Assembly: GCA_013265495.1 (NCBI GenBank)
Contig: MU058451.1
Coordinates: 2,227,305 to 2,291,304 of the forward strand
From: Vicugna vicugna
Taxonomy: Eukaryota
Length of the DNA: 64,000 nucleotides
Reading direction: 5' to 3'
Below, one piece after another: positions 12,071 through 25,890 of this stretch (positions are counted from its first letter, which is position 1; every line of letters begins with the position of its first letter). The notes under the pieces are model-generated. The model had not been told where the DNA came from. It worked only from the letters and a program-made list of their open reading frames with translations, and searched no databases. Made by a program: the position numbers and the translations under genes.

Positions 12071-15000
12071 AGCTAGTTAAGCCATATATTTTCCCCCAAA
12101 TCTTAGGGTACAATTTCTAAGTATCAGAGATGGTTAGAGCCCCTTTATGTGGCATTGCTCCTATATCCTCAAGTGTTTTTATTTTTATGGTCCTTTGTGA
12201 TTATTTACTGTCCAGAGTTTTACAAAATCCACACAATTTTCACCATGCTTGTATGAAGATTTAGAGAAATATATCCAAGATATAGAACTTCAGGGAGTTC
12301 AATCCCGACTCCCTGCCTTAACTAGCCTCCAACGTTAGTTGAGGGGCGATCAAGCCAATGTGAGTGAGTGCAGGAGACCCAGAGGCTTGCCTTGTGTGTA
12401 TGCGGTCAGTGTCACTGCGCCACCTAGTGGGCACTGTTTGAAACTCTCAGAGGTGCCGGATTCCAGGGAAGGGTTTAGCCACGCGTGTTCTGGTCCATCT
12501 GGCCAGCTTGCAGGTGATCTCATAACACCACCCCCTTGATTCGCATCATCAGCACTAATCATCTGGGACGCCCGGAATCCCTCGCCTAAGCTGACAGCTC
12601 TACTGCTGAATTCAGCTTGTCCATCCGCCGTTACAGCCGTCTTTGCAGAAGCAGGCAGAGAAGAAAGGAATGAAAACAGACAGGACAGTATTTATAAAAG
12701 CGAGAAAGAAGCCAGCCAACATCCACCTATGTTTTAACAAGGATATACCAAACAAGCCAGCCAGCAAGACGTGCCAATGCTTAGTAACTTTTTGACCTTC
12801 ATTTCTGGCTTCAGTGCATCTTGGCACAAGGAAACCTGGGGCTGACAAGGGCTGAGTCAACTGAGGGCTGAATCCCACTTTATTGAAGTGTTTTTAGAGG
12901 AGGCCACCCGCTCTTTGAGGGTGATTAAAAGCTTATCCCCAGAAGGCGAGTAAACACTCCCCCGCCAATAACTCAGCTCTGGCATTCAGGGCAAGGGGCA
13001 CTGAACACCGTAGTGGGAGAGTCTATCCACATAAAAACCCAATCAAAGGCAACGTTTGCCTTTGAGGGGCGCATGGAGGCCAATAATCCACCTCGTCTTT
13101 ATTTTCTATTCAAAGTTCTTGGCCACAGTTTCCGTGGCGGACCAATATTAAACTTGAAAGACAATGGGTTTGAAATCAATAACTAACTGAAATCACTTGC
13201 AAATATAGTTTCCATAAATAGTTCCATGAATAGTGACTATTACTTATCTTTTATGGGACAAAGGTAGAAACAAGGAGTACTGAGCCATGAACCGTCTTGA
13301 GACCCACCCACCATCAGTGGGGGGCTTCCATGGGTGCCTTCCTGCTGCCTGTGACCAGCCACAGTGCATTCATTGCACCAGATCTGAGGCAACCCATTCA
13401 GGGTGTCACCTGTGGTGTGGTTTGGGTCAAAACAGCCCATCAGGAATGACAATGACATTGTAAATTATTCTGAGGTGTTGGGACAGGAGACTTAAAAAGA
13501 GGGCTGAACAGGGATGGAAGGAACAGAAGCTGGAAAAAAAAAAAACTATTTGAAAAAACCAAGACAGGGGAATGGGTACTTATGCTGCTGATGGGTACCA
13601 GAAATAGCCCAGACCCCTCCACTCCAAAATCACGCCCATCCTGGGGGAGCCCCAGCTCTTGGTGGTACTCAGGCAGCCGGGCCCTGGGGTGGAGATGCCA
13701 TTGTCCTGATTTCTCCGGCATTCTGACAACAATGCCCTTGGTGAGTGCGCTTCTGCTCCTGGTAACCCAAGGAGGACAACAAACGCACGGTGGTGTCCAG
13801 GGAGCCAAGCCACGGTAGAGATTTGTTGATGCAGACTCAGACTTGTCAGTTATTTGATCTCCCACTGTGCAGTTTCCTGGTCCTGTCTTGGGAAGAGAGG
13901 TATGAAGTTCCATAGTCCTCATCTCGAGGGGACAAGTCTATGGAAGGTGTCACAGAAGCACCTTGAGCAAGGTCAGGAGCCTGTTGCCCACCTGGGAGTC
14001 AACCTGCAGGTGCCAGGAAACAATAGGATCCATGCTTGGACCCAGCCTGGGGCTTGCCGAGCCCAGCACATGGGCAGGGACCTGTTTCCCAGCCACAGCT
14101 CGTTCCCCTCCCCTTCTCCTATGGGTGCTAGTCTCACCATTTCTCAGCTTCATTGCCTGAGCCTCACTGAGCGTCACTGGGTGCCAGACTGTCCCATCTG
14201 GAGGCTCTGGGGGCTGGAGATAACAAAGAGGAAGAAACAGGAGGATGTTCTAAAGGAGCCTGAGGTCTCTGTGGAAATGATGCAGACTCAGGAAACAGTG
14301 CCACAGTGGGAAGGGCAAACGAATACTGGTTGTGCACCTCTACTTTTCCAGGCGCATTTGGGACATTATCTCTAGCCCTGACTACAGTTCTACAAGGCTG
14401 GTATTATTGTACCATTTTACAATAAAGTACAAGATTCAGAGATGTTAATTAATTTTTTTCCCAGACTGAAAACCAGTGGGGAACCACAGTAGATTCCCAG
14501 GAGAAGAGTAAAACAATGGCAGTGGCACTTTCGGAAAGATTAATTAAGACATGATATTCAGGGTTGTCCTAACGTGAAGGAAACCATACATTGTATACTA
14601 ATGTGTGCAGAATATGAGACAGGACTGTTGCGGGGATAAGAGGGACAGGAGGTTTGGAAAAAAAGACGTGTGATCACTGAGGGGACAGAGAAAAGATGCT
14701 GTAAGGGTTGATCCAGTTTAAGTTCAGAAGAGTGTTCCCTGATGACTGGTGGTAGATATTCATATGTAAATACATACTCACCAGTCACAGTCCACATCTT
14801 CTGTCAGATTAGAAAAAAAAAATTTAAAGAAAACATGCAACGTTAACAAATGCCCTGAATCTGAACTAATTTTGGAGTTGATAATGTTTGGAGTGACAAG
14901 GCCACTGAATGAGGCAGGTGAAACTGCCTGCCCCAGCCCAGCCCCAACTCTACCCCCATCCAGAGGCTCTGCTGCAGACATAAGCTTAGGTGGCCTCATT

Positions 15001-16385
15001 TGTACATGACCTCGTCGCCAACATAGACCTATCGGACAACGAGTGGATGCCTGGTCCACTGGCCATGCATGGGTTAGTTAACCAGAAATCTTTTGCTGGC
15101 GTGTGAAGTTTGGCAGGAGACAGGAAGAAAGGAAATAAGAGACATTCGAGGGGTTTCTAGAGAAGGGAGGGAGAAGTCACTTGTGGGTGGCAGCTGAAAA
15201 GGTGCCAAAGGCAATTTTTCACTTTTTTGAAATTTTTACCTGAATGTCAAATGTCATTGGTTCAGGGCCCTCCATGCCGACGTGCTGGGACAAGCTGCAG
15301 TGGGACCCACGGACTTCAACAGTGTTCATTGCACACAGAGTAGAATTCAGGGCAATTTGGCAGAAATGCACTGGGAGCCAATACTCAGAAGATGGCAAGG
15401 AATGTGAGCCCAGAAAGCAGAAATCCAACTGTCCTAGAAGAGCAGAACAGGGAAGCATAAACTCGAAATGACCGCGATTAGCCAGTGGAGCAAGCAGAGA
15501 GACACGCCAAGAGAACAGCTCAGACAGAGGCGACATGGAAGCAGCTGGTCCATCTGGAGCGAAAGCATAACTTAATTGAATCGTAACTGTTCTGAAGAAA
15601 GAAATGTGTCCACAGACACGACTCAGGAGGCCACCTGACGGGAGTCCCGAAAGGAGAGACGGTGAGTGAGAGTCAGTCAGCCCGTCTCCAGCCAATGGAT
15701 CCAGGAGCGAGAGCCATGCTGCCCTGCCCACTGGGCATCAGCTGTGCCAACAGTCACACTCAGGACACTCAGCGAAGTTCATGTACCGGCATGTTTTCTT
15801 CCCGGCTCTGAACCCCCAACTGCCCAAAGTCTTTCATCATATGTTAGATGCACCATTATTTTAAGTACCGCAAAGAAAAAACAATTATGCCAGTTGTAAC
15901 ACAGTGCTTTCTTTTCACTTTGGTTTTTAATCACAGAGGAGTTTAGGCTTCCTTAGATGCAGATTTTATTACACATTAAGTCTTGTGCATACATGAAAAG
16001 AAAAATGTGAGGGAAATAAAATGGCTTAAATGGCTTCCTGAAACGTCTTCATAGCTGGTGTCAGATTCTCTGAATCACTGTTAGACTCAGAGCCTTTGAT
16101 GTCTGTGTTTTTTCCAACACAGTCACCCCCCACCTTCAGCAATGCTGGTGATGCAGCACTTCCTATAAGAGAATAAAACTGATACGCATATTTATTCCAC
16201 TAGAATTTTGAATATGGGTCATGTATCAAATAATATTAAGATGTTGACGTTAAATTTCTCGAATGTGATAATAGTATGTGGTTATCTAGAAGAATGCCCT
16301 TGTTATTCAAAGATACATGCTGATGTATTTAGGAGTGAAGTGTCATGATATTTGCACATCACTTTATCTAAATGATATCAACAAG

Positions 16386-16504
16386 GTGAAAAAGAACATG
16401 AAGATGAATATATGTATGTTCGCATATGACTGAAGCATTGTGCTGTGCACCAGAAAGCAACACATTTTTAAACTGACTATACTTCAATTAAAAAAAGTAA
16501 AAAG
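16386..16504 (+). mobile_element. Very short L1 3'-end insertion with 17-bp TSD, nested in an older L1 fragment (~16200-16620)
   Basis: TSD TAAATGATATCAACAAG at 16369-16385 and 16505-16521; the insert ends 'aactgactatacttcaattaaaaaaa'. Confidence 0.85.
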
Positions 16505-18089
16505 TAAATGATATCAACAAGAAAATCTAGGTGAAGAAGATCTAAGTATTCATTAAACAATTTTTAAACTTTTCTGTGTGTTTAAAAATCTTCAAAATAA
16601 AATGTTATGAGAAAAAAAAAAGTGTTCTACTAAGAAATCCACTCAGATTTTCTTCCAGGTTTTCTCAAGCTGCCAACGCTAATTCTGAAGGCTCTGATTC
16701 CAGAGCTTTCTTGATGGATGTCAACAGAAATTTCAGACAAGGATCATGACTCATAGTTCTTCTCCCAAGTGGTCCTCACTGGTTTTTTGACTGAAGCACC
16801 AATGCTTGCAGCCTTCTAGGCATGTCACAAGAAATAGCCAAATTCATCTACTTGCAGGCAACACCAGCTATGTCGGGGCTGCTGTCTGGCTGACAGTGGT
16901 TGTAAAATGAAGCCCTGTGTCAGTAAAACATGAAAAGGGAAGTTGCATCTGAAAATCAGACAGCTGACACACATATCCATGCCACCTGGCAGTTATCTGT
17001 CTCCCCGTGGACTAACAAATTGGAAATCTGTTTGATGTGTCCGTCCTTGTGAGTTTGGTGAGCAGGAGGTATGGCCCTTCGCTTGAACAGTTTGTAGAAT
17101 GGCACATCTGGTCACATCTCTTGGACCAGGCGACCCCAAGGCACCCCCAGTCCATGAGACCCTGCCTACATAGCAGGCCGCCTCTTCTCCCAGTGACATC
17201 TCTGCCTGCCGTCTCTGAGGGCGGCTGAGATCAGCACCATCTAAGAGGGCTTTTCACCGAGTGCATCCCTTGTAATAGATGGTGACAGGGAACTGGGGGG
17301 GGGGGGTGTCTCATCCTATTTCTGCCTGTACCGTTAACTTATCTGCCACCTGAGATTACCAATGTCTGCATTGCTTCCTCTCATCTTCAATAAATATGAA
17401 GCTGCTGCTACACCTTATAGGATTATTGTGAACAAAGGTAGGCCCCCCTCACTCCCCCCTAAAAAAGTATGAAGGTCGGAAAGGACAGATGGGAACAATG
17501 ATTCCCAAACAGAGCTCAGGACACGTTCTTCTTTAATGAAGTTATTTACTCTCATTCCTTTGGTTCTTGAAGGAAAGATAATCTCAGTAGCTTGTTTTCC
17601 TAGCCTTTTCTTTTATTTGCCCCTGTGGATATAAAATGCCTGTTCTGAATTACTCAAATATGCCTAGAACACAAAAGCATGCTGGTGACCATGCCCTTTT
17701 ACACGTTTAATGTGGAAAAACCTCCCTCGCAAGAAAATAGCGAGGTGCGGGGATAATGAGCTGCCTTCCTGCTGTGGTCCTGACGTATCCACGTGTCACG
17801 CCCAGTCCTGCAGCCCAACTCTTCTGCGGCCTCCTTGGGGCCCCCCAACCCCTGCAGCCACCAGCCTGCCCTGGTGGGACAGACGCCTTCCCACCCCTGC
17901 AGAGCAGCTCCCGAAAGGCAAACCCTGGGTTTGTTGACATTTGCTCTACAAAAGGAGGAAGTGTTAGTAAATCAAGCGGACAGGAGTGACTCAACCAGCT
18001 CCAGCAGCTTCTATTCTGGACACGCACAGATGAAGACACGGGAGGTGGAACACATCGCCCACAGCCGTGCAGCTCCTTAGATGGGCCAG

Positions 18090-18560
18090 GCTCCCACCGC
18101 TGATGCAGACCTGTCCTGTTTTCTTATCGCTGGCTCTTCGCCCTGTTGGTGAAGGAGCCCTAGGGTTTGGGGGACAGGCACACACTCAGCACCAACACTG
18201 GACAGATGAGATGGGCAGGAGCTTATTGGTCACATAGACTCCCAGCCCAGGGGAGGAGGGCCTTGCACGGGGGTCGCACTCTGGAACAGAGTGCACTAGC
18301 AGGGGCCGTGGAGGCAGGTTTTATAGTATCAAGAGGGTGGGGTGTCCCCTGGATCCCAAGGGAGGATGTGATTGACTTGTTTGAATAATTCCATAGGCTG
18401 CCAGGGAACTGAAGCGCTGTGCCTGGTCCCTGGATGTGGAGGGTAGCTTGGCTAAGGTGCCTTGTCCGTGGGAGCAGAGCGGGGAAGAACCTGCGGTTAG
18501 GGCATTCTAAGCCCTCTGGTTTCAGAGGTCAAGGCAGCAAGTAGTATCGGGCTTTCCTTA
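18090..18560 (-). mobile_element. Probable ERV LTR remnant
   Basis: LTR-like, with minus-strand TATAAAA ('ggttttatagt'); family not determined. Confidence 0.4.
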
Positions 18561-19224
18561 AGGCCCATCCCACACACCCTTCACTACACCTTCCTTTTCA
18601 TCTTCTGTGCTCAGGAGATGGGTTTCTTTTAAATCTCTTTCCATAATTCTATTTCGTTCCACAATGTCACTCTTCATTGGCTACACAAGGCATTTTTGTA
18701 TAAAGACTGTTTCCTACCTAAATGGGAAGCTTCTGAAGCCTCAGTGCAGGGTATTTTCTGGAGCGGAGCTGAGGAGGATAGCATACCCAGGGAGAAATGG
18801 ACATTTTAAGGTAGAACTCTGTAAGGGTGCTGCTTATGGAGATTTTATCTACTTGAAGCAATAGAGTCCTTACCCCAATGTCAGATGGTGTCCTCTTAAT
18901 CCAGAGCTAGATAAAGCTTTACAAGGAGGAATGCTGGAAACTTTATAAAAAGGCAAAACATTTGATGAGAATGACTTACTCCTGCTCTGTAATGAGATTC
19001 CATTCAAGCCATTGTGCTTTGTTAATCACAACGAATCATACAGACACACGTAAGCAAAGACACAGGCTGCAGTAGTAATGATGGTGATGTCTGTGGGTTG
19101 GAATCATGGGATTTCCTCCTCCCTTTATTTTTATTTGAAAATGATTATAGATTCAGAGTAAGCTGCAAACAATGGTACAGACACGGGTCCTGTGCCCTTC
19201 ACCCAGCTTTTCCCAAAGGCAACC

Positions 19225-19343
19225 CCCTTTTTTGCTCACGTTTTTTTCCTTTCCTTCTCTTTTTTCCTTCCTCCCTCCCTCCCTTCCTTCCTTTCTTCCT
19301 TCTTCCTTCTTTCCTTTCTTTCTTCTCTTTCTCTCTCTCCTTC
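19225..19343 (+). repeat. CT-rich polypyrimidine/(CCTT)n low-complexity tract
   Basis: Directly visible; it produces the spurious F/L/P/S-rich ORFs at 19098-19389. Confidence 0.9.
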
Positions 19344-21599
19344 ACAATCACGGTATTTTACTTGGATGACAAGGAAAGGAAATGATTAAGAGCAATTTTA
19401 ACACTGTAAATGGCACCTGTCGGCTGTTAGCCTCCCTCACCATTAGGCTAGGGCGTCTGCTACAGCGTCAGGGGAGCAGTGTTCTCAGGATCTGCTTGCA
19501 CTTGGTTAGAGTCCCCTAGGGGCTGAGTGGGAGGCTGTCTTACCCTTCAATGTGTCCTGCACATCTCTGTGCTCCTTGGTAGGAAATAGTATCGTGTTGC
19601 TGCTGCCGCTGAACTTCTTGGTCCCGAGTGTCCAGGTTCTTAACCCTGTGGCGGCCAGTGTTCTATCGCCCTGAAATCTACCTCCACTCCTGTGAAGTCT
19701 GCAACTCACCCACATGCCTTGTTCAAGTGGTTTTTTGTGTGTTTGTGCATGTACATGTCCTGTGTGCACCAAAGAAGGGGGCTAAGTACCATGCCTGGGT
19801 GGTCATAGCACAGAACGAAAATAACACCTGCAGATGGCAGTTCAGGAGAAGCGGGGCTGGGGGGGCCAGAGGACTCTCTTTCTCCTGCCTCCTTGGGAAT
19901 TTGCACACCGTTGGGGACAGCAATAGTTTCCACAACGTTCAAGACAAAGTCAAGGAGCTCATAAGAGATGGGGCAGGAAATTGCCTTCCCCTCTTACCCA
20001 CCTCCACCTATCTGGCATCTGATTTCTATAAAAACCAAAACATCTTTTCTTTTAAATGCAGACATCAGCCAGCACTCTTAGAAGCTGAGCCAGGAGATAA
20101 AACTTTGTCAGTGATCTCATTATTCTAATTATTTATACTTGCTTCTAATTATTTATACTTCTCTCGGAGATTAAGAAAAAAAAGAAAGCCACCCAATAAA
20201 CCCAAACAAATAAAGCAAAATACTAAATTTTACAATGCACAAAAGAATGAGTGAAGCCTCTTGATTCTGTCGAAGACGAAAAGTGGGACATGCCTCCCAG
20301 TGTGGGCCCGCGGGCTGCAACGCGCATGCTGCTTTCCCGCCGGGCGCATCACCGGCTCCCCGCCCTGGGCAGGAATGGAAGGACGCAGCGGGGAGAAACA
20401 AGGCCATCCTGGAAAATTGTGCGTGTGGACACCATGCATCACCAGGCTGGCAGGGTGGTCCATTGAGTTAGCAGAGAGAACTCAGCTCCTCAAGATGGCG
20501 TAAGATGGCAGACACAGTCGCACTACCCAGAAATAATTATCTGACAAAAATGACACGCTAGAAGCCAAGGGGAGGGATAAAGATCAAGATGAATTTCAAA
20601 GTTTTGTGTTGTCAGGGAGGAAAAAAATGACCACTTGCGAACTGAGCAGTGCCCTGAAGTCCAACAGAATTCATTTCTAAAATGTCTCCTGACAGGGGCT
20701 TGGGTTAGAGTGCAGGATACTAGGTCCATGCTGAAGCGGTGGCCTATTGGGCTTGGGCAACAAAAATAGTTGCTTGGGCAACAAAAATAGAATTGAAGGT
20801 TTCCATCAAAAACTTACCTTCCTCTGTAAGGCTTGTCTCATCAATCTTTAGATCAGAAAGTTCGAGAGGGGCGTAATATTGTTCTCAAGGATCTGAAAAA
20901 TACATTCAAACTCACACGAATAATTTTTTTCTTTTTAAACCCTGTTGCGTAGGGCAAGTCTGTATGTGATTCAGAGACCCAATGAAAGAAATGTGAGCTT
21001 TACGATTTATTTTTAAAACTCAAAACAACACATTCTCAGGGTTAAGTAGAAAGGTCACCACCAATAAAATAAAAAAAGAAACCCATCTAATCAGCCTCAT
21101 TATTGTGTTCCTTTAGGAACATTTCTCTTACTTAATAGAGCATGTCTCCTCTGAAGAAGCATTAGATTTCACAATAACACATGCAAAGACCAAGGAAGGA
21201 ATCTGTGTCCTGCAGCCAGGACCCATTAGCCCAGGGAGCGTCTGCCTCAGAGGCAGAGAAAAGAGAGGCAAACATTTAAAGAGGCACAGCAAGCCTCTGA
21301 CGTGTGCACAGATCTGAAAGCTAAGTGAAGTTTCGAGAAGATGCACCTGCACGGAACTACAAGGGACCTTGTAGCTGAGCGCTCCCCCGACCCCCGCAGC
21401 AGTAGTAGACTCCTGCCTGGTATCAGTGAAGAATCCTGGGCCCAAGATTCCAGAAGCAATTGGCAGTCTTACTTACCAAATAATCTGAAGAGTTAATAGA
21501 GTGTTACTATCACTTGAATGAAATACAGTGGTTTTGTGACTCCTGGATTCCTACCAAATCCAGATTAAAATCTTCCTTCAAGGGGTTATGAAAGTCTTT

Positions 21600-22190
21600 C
21601 CTCTGTGTCCTTGGCCATTGCTTCTGTCTCCTGGATGCTCACTCTTCCATCCTCTGTCAAATGGGCAACCTCGTCTATCTACCTCCTTTTCCTGGGTAAC
21701 CTCATCCAGTGCCAGGACTTTAAATATCATTTCTACACTGTTAACTCTCACAGGTGAATTGCCAGACCGGAACTCTCCTCTGAGTTCTGGACTTGAGCAT
21801 CCAGTTTCTGACTTGATACCTCCACGTGATCGGGAACCTCACATGTCCAACACAGAACTCATGACTTTCCCCTCTCAGGAAGTGGCCCCAACATTCCTTG
21901 CATTGCTCAAACTGAGCCCAGGAATCATCCCTGAGTCCTCCCTCGTTCAGTTCATTATCAAATCCTTTTACTTTACTTCTGATATGTGTCCCAAATCCTT
22001 CCTTCTCCTCTGGCACCCGCCTTGTCCAGACCACCATTCTCTTGAGACGAAACTGCTTTGCTAGGCCCCTCAGTGGTCTCCCCACTTCCACCCTTACCCT
22101 CCTGAAATGCATTCTCCACAAAGCAGCCGGGGGAGCTTTGAAAAATGTAAATCAGATAATATCACTTTGTTGCTTAACACCCCCCCCCAG
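21600..22190 (-). mobile_element. L2 remnant
   Basis: 'ctcacatgtccaacacagaactcatgactttccc...cattctccacaaagcagcc...aaatgtaaatcagataat' is L2-like. Confidence 0.65.
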
Positions 22191-22302
22191 GGAAGCATCT
22201 GCTTCCACTCAGGGTGCAAGAGAACATAGATTCCCCAACAATGAGAAAATGGCAGACAATCTACAAATCATAACTTTTCTTGGACCAATCGCGGACTTGA
22301 GT

Positions 22303-22460
22303 GGGGAGGGTGTAGTGCAGCTCAAGTGGTAGAGCGCGTGCTCAGCACACACAAGGTCCTGGGTTCAATCCCCAGTACTTCGTCTAAAAATAATAAATAA
22401 ATAAGTAAACCTAACAACCCCCCCAAATTTTTTAAGTAGTAAAAAAAGATTAAAAAAAAA
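22303..22460 (+). mobile_element. tRNA-derived SINE (vic-1-like, long tail)
   Basis: GGGGAGGGTGTAGTGCAGCTCAAGTGGTAGAGCGCGTGCTCAGCAC...GGGTTCAATCCCCAGTAC; diverged TSD AATC(G/A)C(G/T)GACTTGAG. Confidence 0.9.
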
Positions 22461-22772
22461 ATCACTGACTTGAGGTCACAAGGCAACCAAGTTAACTGAA
22501 GCCCAGTGAGGAGAGATGGGACACAAACACTGCTTCACCTTTGGCAGAGCAAGGAAGGGAGAGGTGGCGGCTGTCAGCGAGTAAAAAGAAATTACCTAAT
22601 GCTCTGACATATTCTTAATAGCCAGTGTGGGCTATTAAGTCTGGAATAAGTAGACACAAGAGAACTTTGCACTCGCTTACAAGCTCTTTACCACTGGTCT
22701 GCAGCCAGTGCTGATGAGAAAGACTGGAGAAAACCCAAGAGACCCTCTTAGTGGTACAAGTGTAGCTGAAGC

Positions 22773-23800
22773 CCAACTAAAAGGCTAAGATTGGCAGATT
22801 GGATTAAAAAACAAGAGCCAACCACATGCTATCCATTAGAAATCCACTTTAAAAATGGGGAAACACAGAGGGGCATGTAACAGCTTCACGGTACAGTGCA
22901 TACTTAGCATGCATGAGGTCCTGGGTTCAATCACCAGTATCTCTATTAAAAAAGAAAAATAGGGAAACACAAACTGGTTAAAAATGAAAGGATGGAGAAA
23001 AAGATATGCCATGAAATTACTGCTCAAACTAGTGGGTACGTCAGTATCAGACAAGGTGGATTTCAGAAGAAAAGGAATATTACCAGTGATAAAGGGAGAC
23101 ATTGAACATTAACACAGTGGTCAATTCATTAAAAAGATGTTACAGCCCTCCATGGGCACGCACCTAACAGAGCTTCAAAATATAAACTGGTTGGACAAAA
23201 AGAAAAAATACATATAAATATATAATTATAATTGAGATTTTGATACTGCCCTCTCAACAACTGATAGAGCAAATAGACAGAAAATCAGCAAGACTATAGT
23301 GACCATTATTAATTGACAATCAGAGAACATTTTAACCAACAAGAGCTGAACACACATTCAGTTGACATGCTTATAAAACATTTGCCAAGACAGACCATAT
23401 ACTGAGTCATAAAAAAAGCCTCAATAATTTTTTAAAAATTAAAATCATACAAAAACGTCTGTTCTCCGACCAAAATAGGTTAAAACCAGACATCAATGAC
23501 AGAAACACATCTACAAAAATCACTAAAATACTTCCTATTAAACAACAATGTTCTAAAGAATTCTTGGTTGGAAAAGGAATTCACAAGGATATTAGAAAAT
23601 ATTTTTAATAAGATGAAAAAGAAACCGTAACACATCAAAATTAGAGGGACGCAGCTAAAGCAGTTCTTAAAGAGAAATTTCTAACATGAAATGCTTATAT
23701 TAGCAAATAAAAAAGATCTCAAATCAGTAAGGCAAGTTTCACTACATAAAAGGCTAGAGACAAAAGAGCAAATGAAACTCAATCAAGCAGCAGGAAGGAA
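22773..23800 (+). mobile_element. Old L1 ORF2 endonuclease-region remnant
   Basis: 'gattggcagattggattaaaaaacaagagccaacc...atatcagacaaggtggatttcaga...gcagctaaagcagttctt'; heavily frameshifted. Confidence 0.8.
22869..22960 (+). mobile_element. tRNA-derived SINE nested in L1
   Basis: 'cttagcatgcatgaggtcctgggttcaatcaccagta'; TSD approximately AAAAT(G/A)GGGAAACACA. Confidence 0.85.
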
Positions 23801-25164
23801 AGGGTTCATTTTATTATTACTCTTTTATTGCTGGTGCCAAATATTGGTGTGATGGTGCTTAGGCCAATATAAGTCAAAATGTTCATAACCATCCTTTAAA
23901 AACTTTAATTCCAGACTCATTGCATGTACATCAGCCTGACTTGCTACCTATGAGTCCGTAAAGAAAAGCACCTCCTACCTCCATCTCAGAAAATGGCATG
24001 TGTAGACTGCCGGTAAATACGTGAGGAACTGACCTGAATTTCCCACATCTTTACACCCGGAACGTATCTAAGACTAAAAAACAGACTCAGACCAGTTAAA
24101 ATGAATTTATTAGGATACATAATCCAAAACCTTTTAAGGAAAGGTTTCGGTCCTTCACTTTGAAAGAACTGAAGTCTGCACTTTGAAAAATTAATAAATA
24201 AGATGTTTCAATCTCTATTTTTCACCTTAACTATCACTTTAATTAAAGTCTTCCGCATTCTCAAAAGGATGAATAACAACTAGTTCTACAACTGGCAACT
24301 TCTAAATTCTCTGCACTTGGTGTTTTAGAGGTATAGAACTATGTCTTTGTTCCCCTTCCGACAATTCTAGACACATCTCTGGCAAAGAGGCTGATTCTCA
24401 CATAGCGTTCTCTGGCTGACAGTTTGGAGCAGAGCCCTCAAGACACGTTTCTTATGTAGGGATCAGGAAACGGACCTTTTCCAAAATTCTGGGTCATCGT
24501 TGACTATGAACTGCCCCAGGATGAATAATATGGTGCTGGGGACACTGCAAATTATTTTGTCAATCCCCTGGCACGATCCCTTCCATCAGATGGAGTCAGT
24601 AATTAGGAATCCAAGTCAGTGCAGAATTCGGTATTCATGAGGGTTGGAGGAGGCAGCGGCTCAAAGGGGATTTCAACATATTCTCATGACTGAGACACTG
24701 TGAGGGAGCCTGGCTGACTAACAGAGAACAGCCTTGCCCTTTCAGCTCTACAAATTCAAATGCAATTTGTCATCCAATGGAAAATGAATTTGGCCATGTG
24801 TAATCCTGCAGGATGGAGAAACGTTGTCCCGGAAGAACTCAAGAACATGAAAGAGGGGCATTGAAAAATAAAATCCACAAAATGATTGAGAGTGCACATC
24901 CATATGCTAATGACAAATTCCTTTTCCAGAATAATGGCCAGCCCTGTGATTCCTTGGCGAGTATGGACTCCATTGTCATTGAAGGGGTCAAGGTGGGGAA
25001 TGGATGTTAATTTTCCTTTCTCCTTGGAATTGGAATTATGTTTTCATATTTATTTTTCACTATCTCCTCTTGTAATTTATTTATTTTTTATTAAATAAAA
25101 GGTTCTTTAAATTCTATAGTGATTTACAATTTTCAAAAATTTTATACACATGATTTCATATAAT

Positions 25165-25636
25165 CCTGAACCAGGAAGAAATAGAAAATATGAAGAGAAC
25201 AATGACCAGTAATGAAACTGAATCAGTAATTAAAAAATTCCCAGCCAACTAAAGTCCAGGACCAGATGACTTCACAGGTGAATTCTACCAAATGTTTAGA
25301 GATGAGTTAACACCTATTCTTCTTAAACTACTCCAAAAAATTGCAGAGGAGGGAACACTTCCAAACACATTCTATGAGGCCACCATCACCCTGATATCAA
25401 AACCAGACAAAGATATCACAAAAGGAGACAATTACAGGCCAATATCACTGATAAACACAGATGTAAAAATTCTCAACAAAATATCAGCAAATCTACTTCA
25501 ACAACACATTTAAAGGATCAGACACCACGATCAAGTGGGATTTATCCCAGGGATAAAGGATTTTTCAATATCCTCAGATCAGTCAATGTGATACACCACA
25601 TTAACAAACTGAAGAATAAAAACCATATGACCATCC
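25165..25636 (+). mobile_element. Internal L1 ORF2 fragment (Z-domain/RT N-terminus), no 3' end
   Basis: ORF 25292-25513: [37 protein letters not shown]...NYRPISLIN. Confidence 0.9.
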
Positions 25637-25639
25637 TGG

Positions 25640-25890
25640 AGTGCAGCAGAGTGGTTAAGAGCATGGGCTTGGGTGTAAGACAGACATAAGTTCAAATACT
25701 AGTTCTGGCCATTAACTAGTTGTGGGACCTTAAGAAAGTTACCTAACCTCTCTGAGCCTCATCGAAAAATGGGGATAATGATAATAACAATACCTGGTTC
25801 ATTGGGCCACTGTGAGGAATAAATGAAATAATGATTGTTAAATACCTCGTATCCAACATTGCTAGGGCAAACGGCAGTGGTAGTTACCCA
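25640..25890 (+). mobile_element. MIR
   Basis: 'agtggttaagagcatgggc...gttacctaacctctctgagcctc...aaaaatggggataat'. Confidence 0.8.

Noticed and set aside
13440..15731. 160-173 aa ORFs in the intergenic region
   Set aside because: No recognisable family, consistent exon structure or promoter; lengths are compatible with chance.
19098..19389. Hydrophobic F/L/S/P ORFs resembling membrane peptides
   Set aside because: Translations of a CT-rich simple repeat.
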